Under the pieces are notes generated by a model. The model did no database searches and was not told where the DNA came from. It saw only the letters and a list, made by a program, of their open reading frames with translations. Positions 47,492 to 58,741 of a stretch of DNA of 64,000 bases are shown here, piece after piece. The stretch is from Turneriella sp. GTDB lineage: Bacteria > Spirochaetota > Leptospiria > Turneriellales > Turneriellaceae. The position numbers were made by a program, and so were the translations under genes. Within the stretch, counting starts at the first letter, position 1. The number at the start of each line of letters is the position of its first letter. The stretch covers positions 2,272,001 through 2,336,000 of the forward strand of contig CBDIID010000003.1 of NCBI GenBank assembly GCA_965279515.1, in the 5' to 3' direction.

Positions 47492-48047
47492 CGAGATTTT
47501 CGCCCGCTTTCCGGAAATTCTCTTTCCACTCGCGACGGCCATCGGGGCCGATGACATTCGTCGCGCACAAGAGTGCGGTGAAGGGTATACCCAGCTTACG
47601 GCAATACAAGGCAAGCGACGCAGCCTCCATATTCTCGAGAATGGGGCGCGGGTATTCGCGGGGGATATACCCCGTATTCTGCGCAAATTTTTCCGCATCG
47701 AGGCTGATGCCGTGGTTCTGCAAAACAGTCGCGCGCCGCAGCCCGGCAAAATTCACAACCTCGGCGGTCTGAACTTTCCGCGGTAAAAACTCCGGCAGTT
47801 CTTCATGGGCTACAGAGGGCAAGGCAAAATGCTGGCACTGAAAAGCCTGGAAAACATCTTCTCTCCCGGTCGAGCCGCAGGTACCGGCAAGTAAAACGCC
47901 GGCTGGTTTCTGCGCAGCCGCGAGCCGAGCAAATTCGGCCAAAGAATCAAACTGGCCGACACCCAGCGCATGGGGGGTAAATCCCCCTTTGGAAAAATCA
48001 TCAAACCCGGGAATTTCTTTCGCGTGAGCGACTACGAGCCAGCGCAT
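47469..48047 (-). CDS. Nucleoside phosphorylase/nucleosidase (PNP/MTAN fold) protein
   Basis: LGVG, LAGTCGS, ENMEAASLA, CATNVIG. Confidence 0.7.
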   Translation of the reverse strand: MRWLVVAHAKEIPGFDDFSKGGFTPHALGVGQFDSLAEFARLAAAQKPAGVLLAGTCGSTGREDVFQAFQCQHFALPSVAHEELPEFLPRKVQTAEVVNFAGLRRATVLQNHGISLDAEKFAQNTGYIPREYPRPILENMEAASLALYCRKLGIPFTALLCATNVIGPDGRREWKENFRKAGENLATLLSSL

Positions 48048-48049
48048 GC

Positions 48050-48718
48050 TTAGCGTTTTTCGTCGTGCAGGTACTTTTCGATGATAACGTGGACGAGGTA
48101 GATCACGGGAGTTACCGCGATGGCGATCACGAGTTTATAAAGATAGTTATTCGTCGCCACCTTAAAAAATTCGGCATGCGTCCATTTACCCGGAATCACA
48201 AAGGCGATGTAGAGCACGACGAAAGTATCGATGAGCTGGCTGATCACCGTGCTGCCCGTCGCACGCAGCCAGAGGTGTGAGCCGCCTGTCCGCATTTTCA
48301 GCTGGTGGAAAATAAAAAAATCGAGAAACTGCCCGATGCCGAAGGCCACCAGTGACCCGATGATGATGCTCTGCGAGGTACCGAAGACGGTATTGAAGTT
48401 ATCGTCGCTGATCGCCGAAAACGAAGCCGCCCGCGTCATACCCATAAAGTAGAGAGCGACAAACACATAAGAGATCAGCAGCATGGTCAGCAGCGTGAGG
48501 CGGCGCACACCGGCGATCCCATAATATTCATTGATGAGGTCGGTCATGACAAAGACGACCGGCCAGACCAGCACGCCCACCGACAAATTGGCGGTGGTCA
48601 GGCCAAAGAAGCTGAAAGTGAAAATTTTGCCGCCGACCATCTCGGCTAGAATCGCATTGGTGACAAAAAAACCCGCGAGTACGATATAGAGCCGTTCTTT
48701 TTTCTGTGTATTTTCCAT
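48050..48718 (-). CDS. yhhQ: Queuosine precursor transporter (VUT family)
   Basis: TDLINEYYG, GSLVAFGIGQFLD, LWLRATGSTVISQLIDT. Confidence 0.88.
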   Translation of the reverse strand: MENTQKKERLYIVLAGFFVTNAILAEMVGGKIFTFSFFGLTTANLSVGVLVWPVVFVMTDLINEYYGIAGVRRLTLLTMLLISYVFVALYFMGMTRAASFSAISDDNFNTVFGTSQSIIIGSLVAFGIGQFLDFFIFHQLKMRTGGSHLWLRATGSTVISQLIDTFVVLYIAFVIPGKWTHAEFFKVATNNYLYKLVIAIAVTPVIYLVHVIIEKYLHDEKR

Positions 48719-48782
48719 GGTAAGCGCCGTGCGCTCGTAGTTATGAAATTGACACACCCGTCAAAGAAAAAAACCATGCGCC

Positions 48783-49856
48783 ATGGAAAATACCCCGGCT
48801 CCTCTGGATAAAAAGGAGCGACGCAAATTACTGATCGGTAAACTGGTACACCTCAGCATTGTCATGGCGGTTGCCACCGTCCTGGGTGTTTTTGCCATAA
48901 AGATCATTTTATCTCATTATAAGCTCGAGCATAAGCCTATGGAGCTCGGGGGCGATGCCAAGGGTTTCCGCACGCAGTCGCGTACCGGCACTTATATGAA
49001 GCTCTCAAACCTGCACTTTCGCCTCACAGACGAGATCAACATGCAGGTCAAGGAGCTGATCGGCGAAGCTATCCCCAAGGGTAAGTCGCGGATTATCAAT
49101 TTCGACGATGTGAATTCGTTCAGCATCAACATTCTCTCCGGTGAAGCGTTTGTGCGCACCGAAATCATGGAATATATCTTCAATAACCTGGTCTTCAATT
49201 ACGACGGTTCGCCGCTGAAGAACATGAAGATGGAATTTTTCGACGACGACGAAGACGGCAAAAAGGTGAAAAAACTGCGCCTCTCGGGCGACATGAAACT
49301 CGTCATGTGGATCAGCTTCGAAATGGTCGGTAAAATGTACCTCGACCGCGAAAAGACGCTCATGATTATCGAAGCGGAACGCATCAAGTCACTGGGAAAT
49401 CCCTACACTAAAGCATTGCTCGACGCTGTCGGGCTCAACATGGAAAAACTGCTGCCGATACCGTCAGGCCGCGGCCTGACGATGGTCGGTAACAAGATTA
49501 TTGTCGAACCGTTCAAGATTTTTCCGCCGCCGCAGATCAGTGGTTTCATCAGCGACATGCGCGTACAGAACGATGGCTTACAGCTGTTCTTCTCGAGTAA
49601 CGTAAAGGTGAACTTTCCGCCCCTGCCGGTGCGCGACGTGAAGAACTATCTCTACCTCTACCAGGGCGATGTCAAATTCGGCAAGCTCATGATGGTCGAT
49701 GCGCGCCTGCAGATGGTTGACATGACGCAGAAAAATGATTTTGATTTTTACCTGAAAAAATACCAGATTCCACTCTCCGTGGGCCACTCTAAAATTATGG
49801 CCGACGGCTCGGTTGTCGCGTTTATTCCAGACTACCGCGACGTGCTCAAAAAATAG
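48783..49856 (+). CDS. Hypothetical membrane-anchored beta-rich protein
   Basis: 357-aa ORF with N-terminal TM helix. Confidence 0.75.
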   Translation: MENTPAPLDKKERRKLLIGKLVHLSIVMAVATVLGVFAIKIILSHYKLEHKPMELGGDAKGFRTQSRTGTYMKLSNLHFRLTDEINMQVKELIGEAIPKGKSRIINFDDVNSFSINILSGEAFVRTEIMEYIFNNLVFNYDGSPLKNMKMEFFDDDEDGKKVKKLRLSGDMKLVMWISFEMVGKMYLDREKTLMIIEAERIKSLGNPYTKALLDAVGLNMEKLLPIPSGRGLTMVGNKIIVEPFKIFPPPQISGFISDMRVQNDGLQLFFSSNVKVNFPPLPVRDVKNYLYLYQGDVKFGKLMMVDARLQMVDMTQKNDFDFYLKKYQIPLSVGHSKIMADGSVVAFIPDYRDVLKK

Positions 49857-49857
49857 C

Positions 49858-50283
49858 ATGCGCGGCGCGGCGGGCCTTATTATGGTTTTAATGGCGCTCG
49901 GGTGCAAAAGAAAATTCGAGATTCTGCCCGCAGACGCAAAGCAGGTGACGCGCAGCGACAAAACCGAAAGTGCAGGCGAAGGCCAGGCGGATGTCGCCCT
50001 GCGCGAATATAAATTCACCCATAAAGACCAGATCTTCCTCTGTGAATCGCGCGAGTTTGAAAACAGCACGGCGGCGCTCAATGCCGCGAAAAAAACTATC
50101 GCCGAACGGCCACAGGAAGAGCAGAAAACCGATAAAGCGCATTTTGCTCTGAGTGGCCGCTCGCTGTGGCTGAGAGCCGACAAACAACTTGTTTGGTGTA
50201 TGCTTTCCAGCGGCAAGGGTGATATCGCAGCAATGCAGCCGGTCAAAGAACTTTTCCTGAAAAAATTCCGCGAGGTTTCCTGA
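49858..50283 (+). CDS. Hypothetical lipoprotein
   Basis: ATG 49858, signal ending ALGC. Confidence 0.65.
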   Translation: MRGAAGLIMVLMALGCKRKFEILPADAKQVTRSDKTESAGEGQADVALREYKFTHKDQIFLCESREFENSTAALNAAKKTIAERPQEEQKTDKAHFALSGRSLWLRADKQLVWCMLSSGKGDIAAMQPVKELFLKKFREVS

Positions 50284-51215
50284 TGAAGCACTCCCTTCTA
50301 CCGGTTATCCTGTGTTTTTTCCTTACCTGCTCTGACGCATACGACGGCGAGACCGGAAAACAGCGCGGCTTATTCTCCCCCTCCGAAGAGTTCAATGCTT
50401 ACTGGAATTCGGGCACGGCCGAACTCACGCGCTATGATTTAAAACAGGCTCGCTATGGCAGCATGCACGACGGCGAAATGATCGTCGTCGTCGTCAGTGA
50501 ACCGTTCCGCACAGATAAACAGGTCAAGTCTGAACTGACACCGGGCACAAATGACACCCCCGTTCTCAAGGCACAACTGATGCGCCGTTTTGCGACAGGC
50601 ATCTACGACTATGAGCTGACCACGACCAGCTTCAAGCCCCTCGAAACAGGTTTGCTTCGCCGCGCCCCCAAGGTCACCGGGTCCGCCGTCGACTGGTGCG
50701 GTCACGCCTGGATGCAGCTCAACCTGAAAAGCGGCGCCTACCAGGCACAGGTGCGCTCTTATTTCGAGGCCGAAGCAGATGAAGATTTCAAAGTGGGCGA
50801 CGCGATTTCCGAAGACGAAATCTGGCAGCGTATACGTATGCATCCCAAATTTCTGCCGACCGGCGATACCCAGATGATCCCCTCGCTCATGTCGGCGCGG
50901 CTCAGGCACCGCCGCCTCAAGATCGAAACGGCCCAGGCTGAAACGCAGGCCTATGGCAAGCTCAGGCAGACGGAGTTCACGCTCCGTTATGCGACCGGTT
51001 CTCCCGAAGAACGGCAGGTCTCGTGGATTTTCGAAGATGCCTTCCCCCACCGTATTCTTGAATACCGCGAGACATACTGGGACGGCTTCGAAAAGAAACA
51101 AAAGCTGACTACCGTTGCCCGGCTCAAAAAGACCATCCGCAGCGCCTACTGGCGCGAACATAATCCGGAACATAAAAAACTAAGAAAAGAATTTGGCGTA
51201 AAGGGGTTTGATTGA
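50283..51215 (+). CDS. Hypothetical exported protein/lipoprotein
   Basis: Signal ending FLTC; motifs YWNSGTAELTRY, DWCGH. Confidence 0.75.
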   Translation: MKHSLLPVILCFFLTCSDAYDGETGKQRGLFSPSEEFNAYWNSGTAELTRYDLKQARYGSMHDGEMIVVVVSEPFRTDKQVKSELTPGTNDTPVLKAQLMRRFATGIYDYELTTTSFKPLETGLLRRAPKVTGSAVDWCGHAWMQLNLKSGAYQAQVRSYFEAEADEDFKVGDAISEDEIWQRIRMHPKFLPTGDTQMIPSLMSARLRHRRLKIETAQAETQAYGKLRQTEFTLRYATGSPEERQVSWIFEDAFPHRILEYRETYWDGFEKKQKLTTVARLKKTIRSAYWREHNPEHKKLRKEFGVKGFD

Positions 51216-52063
51216 TGCGAGTATTTATTGTAGGCGCGGGTGCCGTCTCAGGCGGCGCGGCGATGAAAGCGGCGAAAGAGTTGGGTGCCGAGATTATCAC
51301 GACCACGAGCCGCAGCGAAGATATTAAAGGCGCCGATCACACAATCTACGGCATCGACCTGGAAAAAGCGGATGCGGTCGAGAAGATGCTGGGCGATGCA
51401 AAACTTACCGCCAAACCCGTCGACTATGTCATTTACATTCCCGCGCGCGGCCAGGTGGGCATGGACGTGAGCGAATCCAAAGCCGAAATGGTGCCGCCGA
51501 GCCTTGAATACTCCGTCATTCCCTACCTGAAGCTGTCGAAGGCTTTAAACCCCAAACGCACGATCGCGCTATCGGGTTTCATGGCGCTGCCGGCGCTGAT
51601 GAAAATCTATGGGGCGATGACCTTCACAAAAATTGCGATGGAAGAGCTTGCTGTGCGCAACCCCGACAAGCTGCAGATCATCCGCATCGGCATGTTTTAT
51701 TCTAATTCAGTTAGGGGAATTGCCCTGCTCGCGCAACGGCGTTTTACCCGTGAAAAAGATTTTCAGCCCGATTGGCGCGCTGAATGGAAAGCGTCGGGCA
51801 TGAAATTCACCGAGTTCTTTTACGACAAAAACTATCGTTCCGAAGAAGAGACCTACCGGGAGCATTCGGGCGGGGTTGCTTTTCGGCCCACGATACCCGA
51901 TGACATCACCACCGGGTTCCGTATGGCACTCCAGGGTGAAAAAGCCCCGATCATCAATGTCCTGGGGCCCTGGCTGTGGACAGAAGACAAGATGCCGGTA
52001 TTGCCTGAAGCGGTAACTTCACGCGTTAACCTGATTCCACCCAGTATCTATCAAATCATATAA
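51215..52063 (+). CDS. Divergent Rossmann-fold SDR-like oxidoreductase
   Basis: VFIVGAGAVSGG; YGAMTFTKIAME. Confidence 0.6.
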   Translation: MRVFIVGAGAVSGGAAMKAAKELGAEIITTTSRSEDIKGADHTIYGIDLEKADAVEKMLGDAKLTAKPVDYVIYIPARGQVGMDVSESKAEMVPPSLEYSVIPYLKLSKALNPKRTIALSGFMALPALMKIYGAMTFTKIAMEELAVRNPDKLQIIRIGMFYSNSVRGIALLAQRRFTREKDFQPDWRAEWKASGMKFTEFFYDKNYRSEEETYREHSGGVAFRPTIPDDITTGFRMALQGEKAPIINVLGPWLWTEDKMPVLPEAVTSRVNLIPPSIYQII

Positions 52064-52098
52064 GCTTGACAGCGGGCTCAAAACCGCTATCTGGCTTC

Positions 52099-52794
52099 AT
52101 GAAATTAGCAACAGCTTTAATCCCCCTATTCATTCTCGCCGCGTGTGGTAAAGAACCGGTCGTCACCGATGGCATAATCACCCTCGTCAAAGGCAGCGCC
52201 GTCATTGAGCACATAGACAGCGACGGCTCTAAAAAAACCAAGCCTGCCCGTCCGGGTGAAAAAGTTTTTGTCAAAGACACGATCGTGACCGCTGCGGGTG
52301 CCAACGTTATTTTTAATGTCAGCGGCGCACAGATGGAAATCCAGCAAAACTCGCGCTTTGTTTACGAACGCGGCGGTGAAGAAAAAATCATGTACCTGCA
52401 GAATGGTAATGCATGGACATCGGTAACAAAAATGGGCGATAAGGGTAACTTTTCCCTGCGCACGCCGACGACAGTTGCGGGTGTGCGGGGTACGAAATTT
52501 TTCACCTTTATCGAAGGCGGCATGACGGGCACATGCCACTGCGAGGGAAAAATCTCTTATAAAAACACCCTGACCGGAAAAGAAGAAGTGAATGACGGCG
52601 ATTACCTGATGTTCTACCAGGGGCAGAAATCGGTCAAAGTGACGCTCGAAGATATTAAAAAACTGGGCATCCCTGCAAACCACAATCATTCCGAACTCGA
52701 TAACGGCTCGATGGGCAAGAAAAACACCCTGACGCCAGAGCAATATGCCAAGATGCAAAACCTGGTAGTACAGCGCTTCGCCGCGCAGAAATAA
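52099..52794 (+). CDS. FecR-domain lipoprotein
   Basis: Lipobox LAAC; LRTPTTVAGVRGTKF. Confidence 0.82.
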   Translation: MKLATALIPLFILAACGKEPVVTDGIITLVKGSAVIEHIDSDGSKKTKPARPGEKVFVKDTIVTAAGANVIFNVSGAQMEIQQNSRFVYERGGEEKIMYLQNGNAWTSVTKMGDKGNFSLRTPTTVAGVRGTKFFTFIEGGMTGTCHCEGKISYKNTLTGKEEVNDGDYLMFYQGQKSVKVTLEDIKKLGIPANHNHSELDNGSMGKKNTLTPEQYAKMQNLVVQRFAAQK

Positions 52795-52803
52795 GAGAGC
52801 CGC

Positions 52804-54186
52804 ATGCAACGCGAGGTCACGCTTGAATCGCTCGAAGGTCTGCTGAAGCCCCTGACCGAACGTTACGAGTTTGCGCGCGCCCTCTATATCGAAACCTCTG
52901 GGCTTACGGTTTCGAGTAATCTCAACCAGACATTTGTCGAACCGCTTTCGGCGCAGCGCGGTATTGTTATCAGCGTTCTCGAACGCGGACTCATTTACGA
53001 AGGTTCTTCGGTTGTACACAGCGTCGCCGACGTCAAGAAGACCATCCGCGAACTCGAAAAAACGGTGGCGGCAAGCAAACAACAGGGCTCGCTGAGGCTG
53101 CTTCCCGAGGAACCCCTGCACCTGACGCAGGGGGCACCCCTCGCCGATAACCTCAGCGAAAACGACAAAGCTGCTTTTGCGGCGAAGATGGCGCGTGAGA
53201 TCAAGGCTAAAAAGAGCCTTGTGGCCATGGCCTCTGCCCGCTACAAACAGACGAACACGCGCGAAATCTATGTCAGCGGCAAAAAATCCCTCGAGCAGTA
53301 CCTGCCGCGCTTCGAAGCAATCTATTCGGCCGTGCTCAAAGACGATGCCACGAATTCCACGGCGCAGATCTACGACGGTTTCAGCCAAAGAGGCTCATGG
53401 GACCTCATGGGTGCGAATCTTTCTCTCATCGACGGCATGCTGATCGACGGCGAGAAAATCCTCGGGGCGCCCCGCCTTACCCCGGGCCAATATGAATGTG
53501 TTTTCTCCCCTTCGCTTTCAGGCATGCTGGCGCACGAGGCCTTCGGCCACGGCACCGAAGCCGACACCATGCAAAAGGGTCGCGCACGCGGCACCGAATA
53601 TCTTGGCAAACATGTGGCTTCCGAAAAGGTGCGGCTCTATGATTCACCCCTGCTGGCAAATGCCGCCGCGAGTTACCATTTTGATCATGAGGGATTACCC
53701 GCCTCGGAAACACGCATCGTCGAAAACGGCATTCTGACCCAACCGATGACAGACCATGCCAGTGCCTCGCGCATGAATTACCGCCGCTCGCCCAACGGCC
53801 GCCGCGAAAGTTTCGACCATAAGATTTATTCGCGCATGACAAATACGTACTTCATGCCAGGCGACGACAGCCTCGATGCAATGATCTCTTCGATCGACGA
53901 GGGGTTCTTCGTCGATCGCGCCACAAACGGCATGGAAGATCCGAAAAGCTGGGGTATTCAGCTCGAAGCACTCGTTGCGCGCCGTATACGCAAAGGCAAG
54001 CTCACCGAAGATTATTTCTCGCCGGTTATTGTGACCGGTTATGTTCCGGAAATCTTACAATCGATATCGATGGTATCACCCCACCTGCACATCAACGGCC
54101 TCGGCATGTGCGGCAAGGGTTATAAGGAATGGGTCAAGGTCACCGACGGCGGTCCTTACCTGAAGCTTAAAGCTCGTCTGGCTTAG
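52804..54186 (+). CDS. tldD: TldD family metalloprotease
   Basis: LAHEAFGHGTEAD, SRMTNTYF, GMCGK, DGGP. Confidence 0.88.
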   Translation: MQREVTLESLEGLLKPLTERYEFARALYIETSGLTVSSNLNQTFVEPLSAQRGIVISVLERGLIYEGSSVVHSVADVKKTIRELEKTVAASKQQGSLRLLPEEPLHLTQGAPLADNLSENDKAAFAAKMAREIKAKKSLVAMASARYKQTNTREIYVSGKKSLEQYLPRFEAIYSAVLKDDATNSTAQIYDGFSQRGSWDLMGANLSLIDGMLIDGEKILGAPRLTPGQYECVFSPSLSGMLAHEAFGHGTEADTMQKGRARGTEYLGKHVASEKVRLYDSPLLANAAASYHFDHEGLPASETRIVENGILTQPMTDHASASRMNYRRSPNGRRESFDHKIYSRMTNTYFMPGDDSLDAMISSIDEGFFVDRATNGMEDPKSWGIQLEALVARRIRKGKLTEDYFSPVIVTGYVPEILQSISMVSPHLHINGLGMCGKGYKEWVKVTDGGPYLKLKARLA

Positions 54187-55489
54187 GCGCCTGTTTACGG
54201 CCACCACGCTCCATCCAGTCGAGGGCGCCTTTTTTCATATCCCCTTCTTTTGGTAAAAACTGGCTCAATCGGCACTTGCCATACTTACCGGGGTTAATCA
54301 TCACACCAGGCCGCCCGGGAAACCGCGTAGCGTTCACAATCGCCAGTGGAAATTGGTGGTCGTAATGCTCACATGTTGTAATTCCCTGGTGGCACATGAC
54401 CTGGGTACAACGGGGCGTCGGATACGCAATCGCCGATGGCTTGTGGGGACAACGGTTTTCAACCCGGCCGATTTCAAATCCATAATGCAGCGTAGCGTAG
54501 AGATCTTCCCAGAGTTTAGCGGTAATGTCCTGAAAACTCGAATGGAATCGACCCTGGCCAAAAGCCCTGCCCAGGCTGTAAAATAACAGCTCTGCCACCG
54601 ACATGGATTCATCTTTTTTATATTGAGATCTCAATTGTCCAAAGATATATTCTGCAAGCACGACAGATTCCTGGGCAATTTCGCCCGGGTCTAAAACGCG
54701 GAATTTTTCGGGGTCGAAGGGGTTTGTATCACGGTGGTGATTTTCGATGATCCCAGCGATGACCGGGTTCATATCAGGCAGCGTCTCGCGAACAAATTGC
54801 CCGCTCTTTGCCGCGTGTCCACTGGAGATAGCCTGCTCGATATCTTTACTGAGAAAATCGGCATCATCGGCGAGACTGATATCGTGGAATAATCCTGCAA
54901 AAACCGCGTTGCGAATGAACTCACGGGCGTTTTTATCCGGGGCCGCCCGGAGAAACTGCTCCGCAAAGCCGCCGGCCACGAGCGCAACTTCACCGAGGTG
55001 AGGGAGTATCGGATCCTCCTGCTGATCGAGCTTCAGGAACAGCGGCAGGATTTCTTTTCTTTCAACGATGTGGAGGACCATGCCCCGGATATTCACTTGC
55101 GATGCATCGACGAGCGCCTGCGCCACATGGAACCGGCCGGTTTCGAGACATTTAAAAAGCGAACGACCAATTTTATCCCTCAGTGCCGTACGTAATGCTT
55201 TCGTTCCGGCAATGGTGATATTCTCGTTGAGATTCGATTGACTGAAAAATTTCCAGAGATTCTTTATCAGTGTCGCCCTGACGTGGCTCGCCTTCGGTAC
55301 CAGCATGGCGCCACTGGCATCGAGAATAGGGCCGGCGAGCTCCACCGGCGCAGCTTCACCCACATATTCCACAAATTTCAGAAGCTCCCGGAATGAGGTA
55401 AAGGGAAATCCCGCAAGGGGGGCTGCCTCGGGAGGTTCAACACCTTCAGCTTCCGGCTTTTCGAGTTCGGCGTTGTCGCTTTCAACCAT
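54167..55489 (-). CDS. HD-domain protein with Cys-rich C-terminus
   Basis: PHLGEV, GLFHDISL, GHAAKS, ENHH; ATG 55489 chosen. Confidence 0.7.
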   Translation of the reverse strand: MVESDNAELEKPEAEGVEPPEAAPLAGFPFTSFRELLKFVEYVGEAAPVELAGPILDASGAMLVPKASHVRATLIKNLWKFFSQSNLNENITIAGTKALRTALRDKIGRSLFKCLETGRFHVAQALVDASQVNIRGMVLHIVERKEILPLFLKLDQQEDPILPHLGEVALVAGGFAEQFLRAAPDKNAREFIRNAVFAGLFHDISLADDADFLSKDIEQAISSGHAAKSGQFVRETLPDMNPVIAGIIENHHRDTNPFDPEKFRVLDPGEIAQESVVLAEYIFGQLRSQYKKDESMSVAELLFYSLGRAFGQGRFHSSFQDITAKLWEDLYATLHYGFEIGRVENRCPHKPSAIAYPTPRCTQVMCHQGITTCEHYDHQFPLAIVNATRFPGRPGVMINPGKYGKCRLSQFLPKEGDMKKGALDWMERGGRKQAPKPDEL

Positions 55490-55490
55490 G

Positions 55491-56528
55491 TCAGGAGGCA
55501 AGTTTCCCCGCAAGCATACCACAGGCCCCGTCAATATCTTTCGCGGGTGATTTGCGGTTTACGGCAACAACACCGCGTTCGACCAGCGCCCGCCAGAAAT
55601 CGTAAATCTTCTCATCGGGCGGGCGGTGCATGCCATTAAACTCCGTATTCATCGGAATCAGGTTTACCTTGGCATTTAAGGCCTTCGCCCAACGCGCGAG
55701 TTCCTTCGCATCGTCAGGGAAAATATTAATACCGTCAATCATGATGTATTCGAACATGAGCTGTCCCTGCTGCAGCTCATGCCGTTTTTCCCTGAGATAT
55801 TCGAGGACATCGAGGAAAGGGTATTTCTCTTCAATATCCATGATCTGTTTTCTTTTATCGGCAAAAACTGAGTGCAGAGATAAGGCCAGCCGGTAGGGCT
55901 GTTTCTCCTCAACAAAGCGCTTGATGCCGGGGAGAACCCCCGAGGTACTCAGGGTAATCCGCCGGCGCGAGATATTCATGCCGTGCTGGTGCCCAATCAG
56001 CCCCGCCGCGCGAATCGCATTGTCATAGTTATAGAAGGGCTCGCCCATGCCCATAAACACGATATTCGTGATACGGCGATCATAGAGCTGCTGCATGCCA
56101 TAGACCTGTGTCAGAATTTCCCCTGCTGACAGGTTGCCCTTAAAGGCAATTTTACCCGTGGCGCAGAAACTGCAATCGAGAGAACAACCCGACTGTACCG
56201 AAATGCAGATCGACTGCCGGTTTTCATAAGGCAGCCAGACGCTCTCTACCTGTCTTTTCCCGAATTCGAACAGGTATTTCGCCGTCTGGTCCGAGGGGGA
56301 TGTCGTTTCGTTCAGAATCTTGAAATCGGGAAAGGCGAATTTCTCCGTCAGGTAGTCCTGGAACTCGGCCCTGAGGTTGCTCATCTGCCGCACGTCGAAG
56401 ACCTGCTTCAGGTGCAGCCACTGGAAGACCTGTTGCGCGCGGAATTTTTTATGGCCGTCGGCGACCAGCACCGCGGCGAGTTCCTCTTCGGTCAGAGAGA
56501 GTATTTCGGGCTTTTTTTCGATACCCAA
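55491..56528 (-). CDS. rlmN: Dual-specificity rRNA/tRNA methyltransferase RlmN
   Basis: CSLDCSFC radical-SAM motif, FMGMGEP, LSLH, DIDGACGML. Confidence 0.93.
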   Translation of the reverse strand: MGIEKKPEILSLTEEELAAVLVADGHKKFRAQQVFQWLHLKQVFDVRQMSNLRAEFQDYLTEKFAFPDFKILNETTSPSDQTAKYLFEFGKRQVESVWLPYENRQSICISVQSGCSLDCSFCATGKIAFKGNLSAGEILTQVYGMQQLYDRRITNIVFMGMGEPFYNYDNAIRAAGLIGHQHGMNISRRRITLSTSGVLPGIKRFVEEKQPYRLALSLHSVFADKRKQIMDIEEKYPFLDVLEYLREKRHELQQGQLMFEYIMIDGINIFPDDAKELARWAKALNAKVNLIPMNTEFNGMHRPPDEKIYDFWRALVERGVVAVNRKSPAKDIDGACGMLAGKLAS

Positions 56529-56590
56529 ATGTATGCATCCCCGATTGCGGCGTCAAACTTAATGCAAACCCGTCGAAGATTGAAGAGACC

Positions 56591-57736
<1,146 letters not shown>

Positions 57737-58741
57737 TTATGCCTGTTTGCGCTTCCCATAATCCAGAATCTTCTGGATCAGCTGGTCATAGGATATGCCG
57801 AGCTTCTGCGCTGCGTAGGCGATCTCGTCGTCATTCGAAATGTTCGGGTTGGGATTTACCTCGATGACATAGATCTCGTTTTTATCGGTGAGCCTCAGGT
57901 CAAGCCGTGCAAAACCTGACAATCCCAATGCCCGAAACGCAGTTTTGGAAATCTCTTCGATCTCGGCTTCGACCTTTTCGTCGATATTTTTTGCAAAGGT
58001 ATTCTTGATCCCCCACTTCTTGCGGAACTCCGTATTCCATTTGGCGCGGAAAGTCGCAAACTTCGGCTTATCTTCGGGGAAGTTCGTGAACAGCATCTCA
58101 CGCAGTGGCAACGCTGTGAGCTTTTCCAGACCCAGAACACCCGCATAGATCTCGCGACCTTCGATATATTCCTCGGCCAGCGCGTCAGCCTCGTAGGTAT
58201 CGTGCAGTATCTTCACCCGTTCAATGCAGGCTTTTTCGTCTTCGACAAAAGACGCCTGCGAAATACCATCCGAACCTTCGAGCCCCAGCGGCTTTACAAT
58301 CACCGGAAATCTCAGGTCTTTAATGCTGCGGTTGGTCTTGCCGCGTCGGAACACCACCGACTCGGGAATCTTGATGTCGAACTCGCGCAACAGCTGCTTC
58401 GTGTATGACTTATTGCGGCAGATGGTGAGCGCCGTCGCGGAACAGCCCGTATAGGGAATGCCGAGGAGGTCAAAGAGACCCGCGAGTGCACCCTCGTACT
58501 GCCGGTCCTGTTTAAAGGTTTCGAGCAGGTTAAATACGATGTCGGGTTTTTTCCGGCGGATCGTGGTGATGAGCGGCATGATGTCGTCGAACACGCCCTG
58601 CAAAACCACGTCGTGACCCAGACGCTGTATCGCCTCGACAACGTTGCGTATCGGCCGCCAGTCTTCGGCGTGCAGCGCCGACTTGTAATCGCCGTCTTTC
58701 GGCAGCGCGAGGGGATAGTCAAAGGCAACTAGAACTTTCAT
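57737..58741 (-). CDS. D-Ala-D-Ala ligase-like ATP-grasp enzyme
   Basis: GIPYTG, FPVIVKP, EEYIEGREI, FARLDLRL, IEVNPNP; lacks the Ddl N-terminal GGxSxE. Confidence 0.85.
   Translation of the reverse strand: MKVLVAFDYPLALPKDGDYKSALHAEDWRPIRNVVEAIQRLGHDVVLQGVFDDIMPLITTIRRKKPDIVFNLLETFKQDRQYEGALAGLFDLLGIPYTGCSATALTICRNKSYTKQLLREFDIKIPESVVFRRGKTNRSIKDLRFPVIVKPLGLEGSDGISQASFVEDEKACIERVKILHDTYEADALAEEYIEGREIYAGVLGLEKLTALPLREMLFTNFPEDKPKFATFRAKWNTEFRKKWGIKNTFAKNIDEKVEAEIEEISKTAFRALGLSGFARLDLRLTDKNEIYVIEVNPNPNISNDDEIAYAAQKLGISYDQLIQKILDYGKRKQA

Noticed and set aside
48719..48782. preQ1 riboswitch upstream of yhhQ
   Set aside because: No recognisable preQ1 stem with a 3' A-tract on the minus strand; the TTGAC-N6-GTCAA there is better read as back-to-back -35 boxes
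57737..58741. Calling this gene ddl
   Set aside because: Key Ddl motifs are missing and the context is a peptidase partner, not cell-wall genes
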